Part shown: positions 1 through 13,744 of the stretch, in pieces
Layout of the letters: each line of letters opens with the position of its first letter
Numbering within the stretch: the stretch's first letter is position 1
Origin: Yuukianura sp. NJ FZ-2021
Lineage: Eukaryota
Length of the DNA: 64,000 nucleotides
Reading direction: 5' to 3'
Assembly: GCA_046563655.1 (NCBI GenBank)
Contig: CM102286.1
Location: forward strand, 14,632,001 to 14,696,000
The notes under the pieces: generated by a model
The model's database searches: none
The model's input: only the letters and a program-made list of their open reading frames with translations
What the model was told of the DNA's origin: nothing
Position numbers and translations under genes: made by a program

Positions 1-55
1 TTAACTTTAATTGACTTGTATTTTAACAATTTTAATAATTTGACAATTACTCCAG

Positions 56-1267
56 GAGATTCATAGCAATCCTAAGTTTTTCAGCGGAAATGGTGTCAAT
101 GGCGTTACTAGGTTCGATGTGAAACAGGGAGACCTAGGTGAAAAATCATCCTGGTTAATCTAATTAGTTAATTAATTTTAATGTTAATTAAAATGATAAT
201 GTTAACTTAACATATTCTTTAGGCGATTGTTGGCTTCTTGCTGCCATTGCCAACTTGACGCTTCACCCTACACTGTTTCATCGTGTAGTGCCTGTAGACA
301 ATGCAGAGGACTTGAAGGACAGGAAGGAATATGCTGGAATCTGCCACTTCAAGTAATCAAAAATTAACTAACTTGTGTTAATTAATTAAATTTGTTAATT
401 AATTAAATTTTCATGATTTTAGCTTCTGTGACGTCAGTGGCAACTGGAGAGAAGTGATCATCGACGACCGTTTGCCTACTGTAGATGGACAACTCGTCTT
501 CATGACCTCTGCAGACGCTGATGAATTCTGGAGTTGCTTATTGGAAAAGGCTTTTGCCAAGTAAAATACCAAAAAAGAACTTTTAGAAAATTTGACCTAT
601 GACATTTGACCTTGGATTTAGATTTAAAGGGGGCTCTTATGGGGACTTGGAAGGGGGCAACCCTGGAGTGGCCATGCACCACTTCACTGGTGGAACTATT
701 GAAAACATTGATTTACAAAGAGGTCACAAGGACGTTACTCTTTCTGCTCTCTTTCAAATGATGGACAGTGCTCTCATGGCGGGAAACTTAATTTCAGCTG
801 CCATTTTACGAATTGTAAGCTTTTTTTTAGTGGTCTTGACCTTTGACCTTTACTTTGTTGACCTTTGACCATTGCATTTTGCTTTCTTTTTAAGCCTGGA
901 GAAAAGGACGGACTATTTGGGGGTCACGCTTACTCGATCACTGGAGTGAAGCGCCTGTTGCTGCAAAGCAGAGGTGCTGTGATGCTGATTCGAATTCGAA
1001 ATCCCTGGGGAACTGGAGATGAATGGACTGGAGAATGGAAAGATGGGTAAGGTCATTGACCTTTGACATTCAGCTTCACTCTTGATTAATTTGAATAATC
1101 AATTAACTTAAATGTCCAGACACCCCTTGTGGAACCAAGTGGACAAGAGGACTCGGAAGGACCTTGAACTCATCTTTGAAGAAGACGGAGAATTTTGGTT
1201 TCCGATGAAGGAATTCAAAAAATATTTTGATCTTCTGGAAATCTGCTACATCAATTCCACCGTCTAA
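56..1267 (+). CDS. Calpain-type cysteine protease, CysPc catalytic domain (5' end outside window)
   Basis: Hand-spliced exons 56-137, 223-352, 423-560, 622-814, 895-1046 and 1120-1267 give [12 protein letters not shown] (catalytic Cys), [27 protein letters not shown] (His), RIRNPWG (Asn) and DGEFW, with stop TAA at 1265-1267. Confidence 0.93.
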
Positions 1268-1757
1268 GGTCACATGTTCCACTCTCTCGGACATTTTAAA
1301 CGCTTTCCGAACGTTTTTATTTTAAAATCTGCCCATCCATACTCCATATTATTTACGTTACAGTTACAATTATTTTAGTTATGGACTTACTTAATTAACT
1401 CAATTTAATTGATGTTGTTACGAAATTTGGTTAATTAAGCGTCATTTCCTTTGATTTGACCTACTGCCCCCGCCATCTAACGACTACAGAATAAAATTAA
1501 ATTGGCGGGAAAAGGTGACAGTGGTTTGAGTGGTAGCTGTTATTAGTGCAACCGCAAAAATAAAAACACACCGCAAAAAAGTTTAATAAATGTGCTTTAT
1601 GATTTTAATTGCAAGCAACTAATCTCGATTAGTTAGTACTTAATTTTTGAAACGATTCATTGATTGTTGCGGTGCGAAGGTCAACTTAATTAATTGCAGC
1701 AACATACTAAAAGCTGCTTTGAATAATCAGCGATTGCCACTGCCTGACACTGAGAGT

Positions 1758-3738
1758 ATGGAGAATGCTGGAGCGAGTTTTGGACGGATGAAGTTGAAGA
1801 ATGCGGTTAACTTGAGGTCAGTTTAATCCTTTAATCGCATTCGTAGTCATGAAATTGATTAGCAAATTATGGATAATTTTTAGAGCAATCGTTTTTATGG
1901 AAAACGTATTTGAATCGTTTCTTCATTCTAGGGAATTTATGGAAACCAGAAGCATGGAATTCGAGTTGGATGCTGATTCTGAAGACATATCCTTTCAAAG
2001 AGATGCGTACTGGCTGGAAGATGATACTGTGGACTGTTCTGATCCGGAGGACCGGAATGACAATGCTAAAAATACAATCAAGGAACTCAATGGGTCGAAG
2101 GGTAGGACGTGGGCTGAGGCTGTTGAACGAAGAAGAACGCCGACCAACCAGCCTGCTGTCGTAACTAAATCGTTACAGTATTTCACTAACATTGCTCAAA
2201 TGAAGGCAGAAGATCAGGAGAGAAGGGAGCAGGAGGCCTTGGCGAAGCAAAATGCAAAACCGAAACGTCGGAGACGAGATGGGTTTGATCCAGTTGTTGC
2301 TGAAGGGAAAGTTCCGATTACTGAGGACGGGCAACTACTCAAAATAGTACATGTTTTATACTAGTATTTTGAATGATGCACAAGTTTTGGTTGATTCTTT
2401 GGTTTTGATTTAGATTCGTCACTCCGGAAATGGAGATAAGCCTCCGATTGGTTCCAGAGTGTGGATCAAGTACATTGTTTTTAGAGAAGATGATCGAGAA
2501 CGCACGACAGAAACAGCGATTGACTTTGGTCACCAGAACCACCCTTACACTTTTGTCCTTTTCGAACACCAAGTCGTTGCTGCTTTGGAATACGGAGTTG
2601 CATCTATGGAAGTTCATGAACATGCGGAGTTCCTCGCCAGTGCACAGTATTCCTATGGACCTCTTGGGGTAACCTTATCCAGTTTTTATCGAATTTCGAT
2701 AACGTTGGGCTTTCGAACTTATAATCTTTTGATTTGCTTTTCAGATGCCAGGAATAGTTGGACCACGTGAGTTAATTTGAAATATGTACTTGATCCATTT
2801 GTACGAAACCTTACTGTATCCGTTTTTTTTTATATATTATTTCAGATACCAATTGCGTTTTTGTCGTGGAATTACTTAAATTTATGGACGTGTCTTCCAC
2901 TGACTTTACCAAGTTGGACCCCGAGGAACAACAGGAGTTTAGTTTTGTTCGTGTAAAGGAAGCAGCGCTTCATCACAAAGAATCCGGGAACATGGGACAC
3001 CAGGAGAAGAAGTGGGAATACGCACTACAACAGTAATACTTGCCAAGTATCCACCACTTTTACAAATTCCTTGACATGTTAACATACCGAACTTATTCGT
3101 GTTTACTTGTTCTTACATAGATATAGAAAGGGAGTAGTGATTTTGGACCGACATTTGACAATTGACAAAGACGAAGATGAAGATCGGAACGAACTTTTGT
3201 TCATTCTGTATAACAATATCGTCCAGACCTACCTGGAAATGGACAATGGACGTAAGGCTCTTTCGTATTGCACGAAGGCACTCGACCTTCCACCGGACAC
3301 AAAAGGAAATCGAGCCAAGCTTACTTTCAGGTTGGTGTGATTCAATAATATTTTATAACTTTAATATTTTGTTATCAATGTATTTATGCTTATTTACTCT
3401 GCTTTTAGACAATCACAGGCATATCTGCTTCTAAACAAACTGGAAGAAGCTCGAGATGCTTGTGCCAAAGTACTCAAGATGGAACCAGGAAACAACTGTG
3501 CCACGGGATTATATGACAAGGTAAACAGCATTCTACTTTTTTTAAGTTTCAAGCAATTTTCTTTAATACTTTGGAAATTGTGAAATTGAAGAAGTTTTCT
3601 CGCTACTTAATTCCAGTTGGATGTTTTTTCTTTCAGATTATGCACCAAATTGGGGAAGAAAAGGCCACAAGTAATGCAGTTTTTGACAAAATAGCCAAAG
3701 TGTACTTTTCTTCTTCTTCTTCTTCAGCATCAAAGTGA
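1758..3738 (+). CDS. shu: FKBP-type PPIase-like domain plus TPR repeats; shutdown/FKBP6-like piRNA-pathway co-chaperone
   Basis: N-terminal LKNAVNLRE..MEFELD motif, a degenerate FKBP domain (ALEYGVASMEVHEHAEFLASAQYSYGPLG) and TPRs (LYNNIVQTYLEM...AKLTFRQSQAYLLL...LKMEPGN). Multiple GT-AG introns; stop TGA at 3736-3738. Confidence 0.8.
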
Positions 3739-4153
3739 ATGAGGTCAGAGGTCACCTTCCCTCCGAGCAACATGCTTCACAATCTCAGCTCTACTTCGAG
3801 TTATGTATTTTTTAAATTTTTTCTACTTTTAGCTGCATGTGCTGCTGGTTTAGTTAATTTTTTTAATTAGTGGATTAAGTCAATCAATTTCGAAACTTAA
3901 AACACAAGATAGAGATGCTAAGACTGTGTTTATTTCCATTTTTGTTAAATTATAATCCTAAATTAAACCATAATTTGGTCGGTCAGAGCATGAAAATGAC
4001 TGAAATTGTTGAATTGAATTCCAAAAGTAAGTAAGTTGCGAATCTAAATCTTAATTACGTAGGTCGGGTCCGGGTAAAAATTATTCTAGAAGCAGAAGTG
4101 TGTAAAATGTTGCAAGTTTTAAAATGCTGGATGCTGGAAGTATTTAGACATAA

Positions 4154-6297
4154 TCAATTCTTAGTTCCCATTTGTTCTTGCAACACTTTTCCAGCAGTTT
4201 CGGGAAGGGTAAGGGACAGAACAGATCCAATGACGCTCATGATCGCGAAAAATACAAACGGAAGGCCTCTCCACCCTGTACAAAAGTAAGTAAAAGTTAA
4301 AAATTTTACTAAAAGTAATTGAAAAATGTTAATTACAATTAATTAATTGTTAATTACATGTGGTTCCTAGGAAAACAATTTGTGGAGCAATGATTCCACC
4401 AATTCCGGCTCCTATTCCAGTAATTCCAAAAGCCATTGTTCGAATAGGCGTTGCAAAAGATTCTCCCGTGAGGAGCCGCATTGATGATCGAGACCCGCCG
4501 AATCCAATTTTGGCCAAAAGACAAATTCCAGCGACGACTAAATCATCCAAAACACAGGTCAAATCCAGCACTGCAAGTATTACTAGCAGTCCAGCGGCAA
4601 ATCCCATGAAAAGTATAAGCGACTTTCGTCTTCCGAATCTAAAAGTAAGAAATCAGTTTCAAAATTTTGATTTTTTAGATTTTGAACTTTTGAATTCTGA
4701 AATTTTGAAAACTACCGATTGTTGAACAGAAGAGCCAGCGGGTATCCGATGGCATCTGACAGCCCCATGAGGAACATGTTGACATACAGATCTCCACTCA
4801 TGTTCTTAACGTTGTAGTTGAGTCCATAGTAAACCATTGAGTAGATGAACCAAATTCCAACCAAAACGAAAGTTTTTCTGCGCAACGCGGGAACTTTGAA
4901 GAAGCTGAGATAAGTGTACTTGGACTGGGCAGAGCCCTGCATCTCCGCTTCTGCCATCAACACCAAAGAGGCGTCGTCTAACTCAAAGTTTTTTACGCCG
5001 TTGATCTTCGCAATTCGCTTGAGAGTGGTACGAGCTTCTTCCAGCTTTCCATTGCGCAGAAGCCATTTCGGACTTTCTGGAATCCAGCTAAGTGACACAA
5101 GTAAAACATGTTAACTTTTGACTAACTTTTAACTATCAATTAAAGTTAACTTTTTAACTTACAACAGAGCCAGTGCTGCTATGAATGGAATGGTGGAGAT
5201 GAGGATGAAAAGTCGCCAGTTGCGTATGAAGTAACCGAGAACTGCAAGGAGCATGATGCCTTCTCCCCACGGACCGACGCTTGCGCAGAGCAGACGCCAT
5301 TTTGGTGTCAGGAATTCCAGGGGATACACAGTAGACATACCCATCAGTCCTAAAATTTTCAAAATTTTGAGAATCAGATTTTAAATCTGAGAAATTTTTG
5401 AAAAAGTTTTGTTGACCTCTGACCTGCAACTCCAATCCCTCCGACAAATCTGGCACATCCGTAGAGAATAGGCGAGTTTGATAGAGCAGAGACGACTTGG
5501 CCAATGACCATCAAGAAACAGACGAACAGATAAGTCACTTTTCTTCCTGACCTTGAAAATTAAAAAAAAAAGCGTTTTAGAATTTGACCTCGTGACCTTA
5601 GCAAGTATGAATTCAAGTTTCAGAATCTAACCAATCGGAAAGCTGCGAAGTAAAAATGGATCCAGTGAGCATTCCCATCATTTGGACAGAGTTCATGAAA
5701 TCGGAAACCCAAGCATCATCACCACGCAGGTCCCACTAGTTAATTGTCAAAATTAAAAATTTTTAAATTTTTGAAAAAGCCGCTAATTTTTTGAAAAGTC
5801 GATGACCTTTGACCTTACCTCAGAGATAATAGTACTTTCTTCAGAAAAAGACAAGGTTCCATTGTTGGAGAAATCAGGATCACACGGAAGATAGTCTTCA
5901 ACGGTGCCATTGGACGATAAGATTGTGATGTTACAGGGATCAGAAGTTGGAAGTTTAGCTTAAACATTAAAATAAGTTTAGTAATTAACAATTTAGTTAA
6001 TTAACTTCAGTTAAGTTTGGGTTAACTTAACTCACCAACGAAAACTGGACCGAAGAGGAGAAATGCTGATGGGATTTCCGGAAAAAGGAGAATGATGAGA
6101 GCAATGACCTGAAATGCTCCAAAGCCACCTACAAAAAAAATTCACCAGAATTTTTTTAAAATTTCGAAATTTTGAAATTAGTTGATTCAATTCTTACCAA
6201 TGGCCTCCAGCGTGTCTTCAAATGATTGACGCTGCAAATTCAGTTTAGTTGGATCTTCCAGTGTAACGGAAGTCTCCCTATGCATCTTGTTGTTCAT
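4154..6297 (-). CDS. SLC22 organic cation transporter-like MFS protein
   Basis: Spliced motifs GGFGAFQ, IISEWDL, LSDW-GRK, WIPESPKWLL, YSMVYYGL, FGRRK, ELFPT-like GESFATPIRT and LPETAGK. Confidence 0.92.
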
Positions 6298-6587
6298 TAA
6301 AAAAAAGTTTTAAACTAAAAATTTCTACAAAAGTTGTTGCGTCTTCCTCGGTCAAATGAAAATTCAAAACTGAATTTTTATGGATTTGGCTTCCACCTTT
6401 TCAAACAAAAGCTTTTTTATTTACTATTTTTTCGTAGTTTTCTCACAGCATTTTACACCGTTAAGGTATTGTCTAGCTAAAAATTATCAGAAAAACCTTC
6501 TAAAAATTTCCAAACAAAAATAGATTTGATAGCGTCCGTGTCACGGGTCAAGGAGAATTTAGTTTTTATGGAAAACCAAGGTAAGGT

Positions 6588-8756
6588 TCACCACCGGACA
6601 GCAGAACCAAGAAGGCCTTCAGTTTTTTCCACAGCATGGTAACTTGTGTACAGGATCTTGTGGAAGAGGTCGGACTCTCCGTGTCCAAGTAATTCATACA
6701 CTCTGGACACATTAAGTTCAATGTCAGAGTCAACTGGAAGTTGGTGATAGTCGTTTTCTAGCTTGGCTGCAAGGTCACGAGATGCTGGACCACCACTTTC
6801 TGGTCTAAGTTGAGCTCCACCATTGAGACAACCTTGGAATTGGAAAAAAACAAAACTTTAGAAATACTTAACTATTTGTAGGATTGATTTTGACAGGAAG
6901 GACTACTCGTTGATCTCGGTCAAAGTGGTAGGTGGTCGGAAAGTGATAGGTGGTCGGAAAATGATAGATGGTCGGAAAGTGATAGGTGGTCGGAAAATGA
7001 TAGATGGTCGGAAAGTAATAGATGGTCGGAAAGTGATAGGTGGTTGGAAAATTGATCAGCGGATTAGCGGAATAGTCCGTCGCGATTTCGATACTTTCCA
7101 AATTCGAGTTCATTTTTTTCAAGTCAGTCATACCTGTGGGACATGCCATAATTTCAATGTAATGCGGTAGTTGTGCTGTCATTAGTTTTTGCTTCAGTTT
7201 GCGTACAATCGTTTGAATGTTTCTGAATCCTGTAGCAATTCCAAACTTGGCCACCACTTTGTCATTTTCGTCACGTAAAGTGGATTCCCAAATGTCAATG
7301 TTCCTAAAGAAAAATGATTTGGATAAACTAATTTGAGGACAAATCGCTCATAATTTTTTGGATTTCTTTACCTCCCCTGCTGCCATGTTACTTTCTCAGG
7401 TACTTTTCCAAAAAGTTTTAGCGAAGTGGCTCTTAGCACAAACTCGGCGTATCCTCCTGACCCAGATCCAAGATGCGACTTAACCTCGGCCCCACCAGAA
7501 ATTCCGAATTCCGAAAACAGGTCTGTCAGATTCCGACGTCGGTAATCTTCTAAACTTTTTCCAAATCTTCGCAGTAGTTCTTCAATTTCAATTGCAGTCA
7601 CCACATGATCAACTTCTCTTGTGCGATAATCGGGCAAGGAGAAGTCGAGTCTGGATGCTTCCAGTTTTCTATCGAAACAGGACATGAGGGTGATGTGAGT
7701 GATTTGGTCTGGACTCAAGTCATGTTTTGGACCATAAATGGATTTGATCAAAGAACCCATGATTTGTTGTGCAGACTTCACTTTTGATATGAACGGAAGA
7801 GACTGTGGATGAAGTTTTTCACTGTAGCATACCCATCCTGTCAAAAATTAATCATGATTTAGGTAATTAGTATCACAATTTATGTATGAACAAGTTCAAA
7901 GCTTACCGGGACAGATTCCAGTAAGAATTGGGAGGGAAGACTGATTTGAGTCGTAAGCTCTTTCAAATTCCCGGTAACTTTCAGCAAGAGACAAATCTTC
8001 CCCGATTGTTCCCATCGTCACAGTATCAGCACCCAAATCGATGAAGAATCCAGCGAGATGTTCAGCAGCAGTTTGCGGATCCAGATTATATTTATGTGCC
8101 ATGGATACAACCGCCTGAACACCAAGTGTCACAATACATACGTCTCCAAGTTCTTCATTTGACAACTGAAATGGACAAGATATTGGACACGTACTTAACA
8201 TAACGATTACCGTTACACGAATTACCTTCTTACTGCGATTCTTCTCCAGTACTCGGATGAGTTCATCTGGACCTTGCTGTGATACCAAAATACTCTCAGC
8301 TGAAGTGATACAACCACTGCATGCTAGACAATCGCTCAATGTGATACTAACTTTCTCCAGTACTTTAACATTTCCCTGGAAAAATACCAAAAAGACACTT
8401 TTAGATTAGCAAAGTTCAGATTGACAATATTCTAATTTCGTCATAATGACGTCGACATTGCAACGACGTCGTTGCTCTTACATCTTGGATCTGACTGTAT
8501 GTTCCGTTTTCTTCTAATTCAACTTTGATTTTGGATATCCTCTCAACAGGAACTTTATCTTTCTTGCTTTCAATTGGTTTAATACATTCCTGCAATTCGT
8601 AATCAAACAGCATAAGCAATTAATCAAACAGAATTGTAACCAATTAACCAAGTAAAGTAACAAATGATTCAACCAAAACTGACAACTGACCTGTCCAGGA
8701 GCAATGAAATCGTCCAGATCTGTCAACTTCAACACACCGCTAAACCCGTTGTCCAT
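6588..8756 (-). CDS. CIAO3: Cytosolic Fe-S cluster assembly factor NARFL/CIAO3 (Nar1)
   Basis: [83 protein letters not shown] and the terminal YHAVEK...VRW*. Confidence 0.96.
6923..7050. repeat. 18-bp minisatellite, about 7 copies, in the last CIAO3 intron
   Basis: Unit AAGTGATAGGTGGTCGGA with variants. It produces the FPTTYH and GGRKVI repeats seen in the ORF track. Confidence 0.9.
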
Positions 8757-9296
8757 GTCAATTCAATCCGTGTCTAATTAAAAATTTTAATTCATTGTAC
8801 AAAATAGAACTTAGTTTTACAATTTTTCCAGGAATTTTATTTACCTTTACTTTTTATTGAAGAAATCAGCTGAGCCGACTAATCAGCTGACAGGGAGAAT
8901 TTAAAATTCGCGCCAATAGAAAACCTTGAAAAATTTTTCAACGCGCCACAATTTGGATTTTGACGTCCTTTGTTCCACTTTAGTTCATGAATCTATTTTG
9001 TACAACTTTTTTGGATTCCCAATTTTCAAAAAATGTTTTTAAAAAACGTCATGACAACGGAACGCTTTGTGAAACGTTTGTATAAAAATAACCAATTTTA
9101 GTTTACTACGATGTGCCGTGTCTGATTTCGCCGCAGCAGCGAGGTACGTGCACGCACGATGAAAATCGTTATCTGTGGGATTACAATTACAGTCTTCGAA
9201 TCTGAAGAAGAAGAAGAATTTTTTTCAAAAGTAATCGATTACATTCCAATTGATTTCCACAAAGTAATCAAGATATTCAGCATTCAGCAAAGTACA

Positions 9297-10559
9297 ATGA
9301 CCGACTTCGACTCTGACTTATTTCTCATTCTGGTCTTCGCATTCTTCTTCTTCGTCCTCCACAAATTTGGACCGGAAATCCGTCAGCGGATGTAAGAATC
9401 ACCGATTTAGCAAATTTTATCATCTTGATTAACTTTTTTAAACTTTTTTAGCATTTCCAAGATGAATCCCAGCATTCCAACTTGTCAGCTCTCAGTCGTC
9501 GTTGTGTCACGGCAGGAGAAACCATACGGAGTTCGTTACACCCTGAAATGCGTTTCGCCTAATTTTGATCTCTTCAAAACTGCAAATATTGACCTTGACA
9601 TGTAATGAAAACCGAAAATGAAATTTTTCAAGCCGCTTTCCATTTACAGTAACAATTGTTGCAATTTTTTAGCGGAGCTGGACAGAAGGTGGGTGAAATG
9701 GCTGGTGGATCAGTGCTAGTCCAATCAGCGACTCTGCGCTTATGGCATACTGGATTCACTATTAACGACGGACAGCTTCGGCTCTACTCGGACCCTCGGA
9801 ATTTGGCATTTCTGGATTCAGTCAAAACAGGGTACGTACTTGCCTCATTTGGTTCGAAATTTTGAAATTTCTGAACTGATTTTTTTTGAAAATTAGTGAA
9901 GTTCTTCGTAAACTGATTCGGAATCATCCAGGACAAGAAGTTCAGTTGATCGTGGAGGATCATCGGCATGGAAACTGTGAACTTCCGAGAGCTCCACGCA
10001 ACCCGTTCAGAGGCCAAAGTCACTTCGTCGAAGTCCACCTCCGACTCTGGTTGTCACGGCCTCAGCAGCTTCGATGACTGCTTCAGATCGTACTGCCCAG
10101 GAAGAAGCCGATCGCAATCAGATCAATCTGTCAGGAGGGGATCCCACCACGAATTTGCAATTCCGTCTGGCCGATGGTACTCGTCTTGCTGCCCGCTTCA
10201 ATCCCACGCACAGGGTCAGTGACCTCCACAACTTCATCAACACGTAAGTTCAAAAAACACAATTTAAAAAAGTTATTTTGAAAAAGATGTATACAGGTTG
10301 TATTTAATTTCGTTTTTAAATTAATTTCAGTGCTCGACCACAGTACGCTTCCGTCAACTACGTCTTGACAGTGTTTCCAAATCGTCATTTGACCGACATG
10401 GAAGTTACACTCAAAGATGCCAAAGTTCTGAACAAAACATTGACCCAAAAGGTCAATCTAACGCAAAAGGTCAATCTGGGATTAACCCGGAAGGTCAATT
10501 CAGGCATACCCCTGAGGGTCAATGGACGCTTAAGCCGGAAGGTCAAGTCCATTGCCTAA
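9297..10559 (+). pseudogene. p47/NSFL1C-like SEP-UBX gene with an internal 1-nt frameshift (pseudogene or base error); 5' end uncertain
   Basis: The SEP domain (LRLWHTGFTINDGQLRLYSDPRNLAFLDSV...VEDHR) and SHP-like PFRGQSH are in one frame. The UBX domain (TNLQFRLADGTRLAARFNPTHRVSDL...FPNRHLTD) is in another frame of the same exon, with the shift at about 10030. Confidence 0.78.
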
Positions 10560-10790
10560 CTTTGTTGTCTCCAAAAACTACAAGCCCAATACTAAAGAAA
10601 TTTACATTTTTTGTACGACTGTACTCTGATCAATTCGAACATGTAAAAGAATGGATGAAATTAATTAAACGTAAAACTGTTGCCTAAACAATTAGTTAAT
10701 TGATTGTTTAATTGTTGGCAGTTAATATGTATAAATGCTACACTTTCTCCTGTCACTCCAACAAATTAAACTAAAATTTGAAACTAAGCA

Positions 10791-13478
10791 ATGTTTAGTC
10801 TAACAATAGTGTTGGCAATATTTGGAAATCTACTGAGCAGTATCGTGTCCAGTTCTGGACCACCGGATCACCATGCCAAGCTAATTTTAATTGACGACAA
10901 GTCACAACGATTTGAACTTAGCGGCAGAAAATGTCACGGTGGAGTTTTCTTTACGCAACCAACAAAGTTCAAGTGTGCATGTGCCTTTGGAGTGTAATTT
11001 TGAATTTTCCTGCTTTTAAATTTCCAAAGTTCAAAATCTTGGATTCTTTAATTTTTTACATTTTTAAAAAAATTTAGATGGGGTGTCTATGGAAAATACT
11101 GTGAGCAACCCGTAGCTATTTTAGCGGGACAGAACGAATGTTTCAAAATTCCTGAAGACATGCAGGTAAAGTTTTTGAAAACGAAACTTAAGTTGTACAA
11201 AAAAGTTAAAATTCTGTAAGTTAATTTCTAAATCAAAATTTTGAAAAGATTACGCAGTTTATAATTTTTGGAAATCCGGACTATCCATTTGAGCCAGTGA
11301 TTACACACTTCAGAGAAGACTACACAATATTTACAAATTATTATGCTTCGGACACGAGGGCCCTTGACCTTGACCCCTCCGCGCCCTTCATCACCATCAC
11401 AAGTCACCTTTGGGAGTTAGAAAGTGACACGGGAGAGGCCATTTGCCTTGCAGGTCAAACCGAGGTCACTGACCTCTCCAGTCCAAAGGTCAAGCAGTTC
11501 TGTTATTATCACACTGAGCATTGGGCAGAAGGACAAGACAGTACGTGGAACTTGATTGTCAGCATCAGGAAGGGGTGCAGACCAAGTACTGCCAAGCAGT
11601 ATTCCACAAACTGCGTCGACATTCCGTCCAATCCCGGTAAAAAAAATTTAAAAATTCAACAATTTTCCAAATTTCATCGGATTCCGAATTTTGAAATTTC
11701 CGAATTTCGGAATTCATTTTCCGATCAGATTTCCCCAGGGAAAACGGGCTTGAAGTTTGCAACGGCGCAGAACTACTGTCATTTCCGAACAACACAAGAT
11801 CGGATCCTCCGGTACCAAGGTTCGTAAACAAGAAAATAGTTTTTTCTTTAACAGGTTAGGCAATATGTCAGGTTTTATTGTTTTCCCTCCAAAATTGAAA
11901 AAAATGAAACGACATCACGGCAGCTTTCGTTTCCTTGATGATTTTAGCTCCGGATATATTTTTACTCTTGCAGTTGGATGGAAATTTTTAACTCAAATAA
12001 AATCAGAGTAAAGAAATGCTTGCAGCCACATTTTTGGAGAATGGGCACATTATTGCCGAACCTCTTAAAGATAACTATTTCGTTTCTATAGAAACCTTGC
12101 TCCGGTACCGGAACCGATCCGAAACGGTACGACTCCTGCACCGCTGGTAGACTTCCCCGAACCTTTGCCCAATATGACTTCGACGACACCGAAACCGATG
12201 CCGAATTCCAGCAGTACCGAACCGCCGAAACCGATTTTCATTGACTTTCCGGATCCGACCACTTCCGACATCTCTACAACAACTACCGAAGAGCCGAAAT
12301 TTCCCGACACATGCGCAACCGGGATAAAACGGGAAGATGTGAAAGCTTATTGGTCAAGTGACGAAGTTCGTGAATGTCCAAAAAACATCACAAACGCAGT
12401 TTTTGTCAACCAGTTGCAAAGAATCGCTGCTCAAAAAATGACAAAACTGTTTCCAGAAAAACTAACTTCGTTGATCCAGTTTCGAAAACTTTTGAATTTG
12501 ATTTTGACGCTAATGACAAAAACTTGTCCGGAGCAAGCAGTGAGTGCTGAATTTTTGAACGAAACGGCAGAAGCATTTGAATTTATCGTTGAAGAAGATT
12601 TTTTCTACGGCGTCGAAGAACTTCAACAACAAGTTTTTGAAAGGTTTACAACCGCACTGCAGAATTGCGTTCATAAAGCATCTACTTTCAACTTTTCAAT
12701 GGAAAAACGAGAATGCTCTTTCGAAGTGAGATTTTAAAACAAGTTCCAAAAATTTCGAAATTTTGGATTCAAAATTTCTGGATTAATTCAGATTTGGATT
12801 TTGTAGATTACTGGGAATTTATTGCTGAACGGAACTTTTCAGAAAATTGAAATTCCAGAAACTGAAAATTCTGAAAAATTTGAGCCAGTGATTGAAGCTG
12901 CTTGGAAAATGTTTTTGAATGCCCATGCGTACTGCTACGAAGATTTTCAACCAATCAACGACCATCATCATTTTGCTGTTTTCTTCTTTTCTGTTTTTTC
13001 ACAGTCGATTTATGAACAATGGTAGGAAAATTTTTAACTCTTTTTTTTTTCAGAAACTGAAATTTCGAAATTATGAATTTCAGGAATTCCCCTTTGGAAA
13101 ACACTGAATTGTACAAGTTTGTGCTTCCAAGTGGGAAAAATTTGGAAATGACAATGAAAAATGTTGATTACTGCGTCGGCGCAACGAGTTTGATTTCCAG
13201 TTGTCAAACATGGCTTCAGAGGACTTCAGCTCAAGAAATACTGGACAGGTAGCATTTTGAAACCATAGTTAATTACTTTAATTACTTGTAATTACTTGTA
13301 ATTCGTGTAATTACTTGTAATTCATGTAATTACTAGACCCAAGAGATCTGTTTGGGATGATCACATGACTCGAGCAAGGGATGAATCCAGGATTTGGAAT
13401 GGACTTGGACATTGTTTACACAGTCCTGAAGAACCTGCATTTAAATTAGGCTATGCCAAGTGCTCCCATCCTGTCTAA
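10791..13478 (+). CDS. Secreted protein of unknown family: signal peptide, EGF-like Cys motif, S/T/P-rich linker, Cys-containing C-terminal region
   Basis: Hydrophobic N-terminus and KCHGG...KCACAFG...GVYGKYCE across an intron. A series of GT-AG exons ends at GYAKCSHPV* (13476-13478). TATAAA lies at 10730. Some internal exon joins were not fully verified. Confidence 0.6.
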
Positions 13479-13744
13479 AACTTCAAAGACTAAAAATTTT
13501 TGTTAGACTCTAAAAAATAAACACTCAAATTTTCCATTTTAAAAAAAAATTCTCTCAATCGGTTTGTCTCCATGCCAACGGATGGAGATCACGAAATGAC
13601 AAACAATCCTCCAAATTTTTCTAGAATAGCTTCATTTTCGCTTGTCTTTTTCTTTTGAAATCTTCGCTTTTGCATTGCATTGTGCAGAAATTTTTTTTAG
13701 AACTTTGTGCTAAAAAATATTCCAAGAACGTCAAAACGTTGACG

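Noticed and set aside
4360..4725. Plus-strand Pro/Ile-rich ORF
   Set aside because: Antisense shadow of an SLC22 transmembrane exon.
6868..7257. ORFs with FPTTYH / GGRKVI repeats, and the possibility of a CRISPR-like array
   Set aside because: Translation of an intronic 18-bp minisatellite. There are no unique spacers and the context is eukaryotic.
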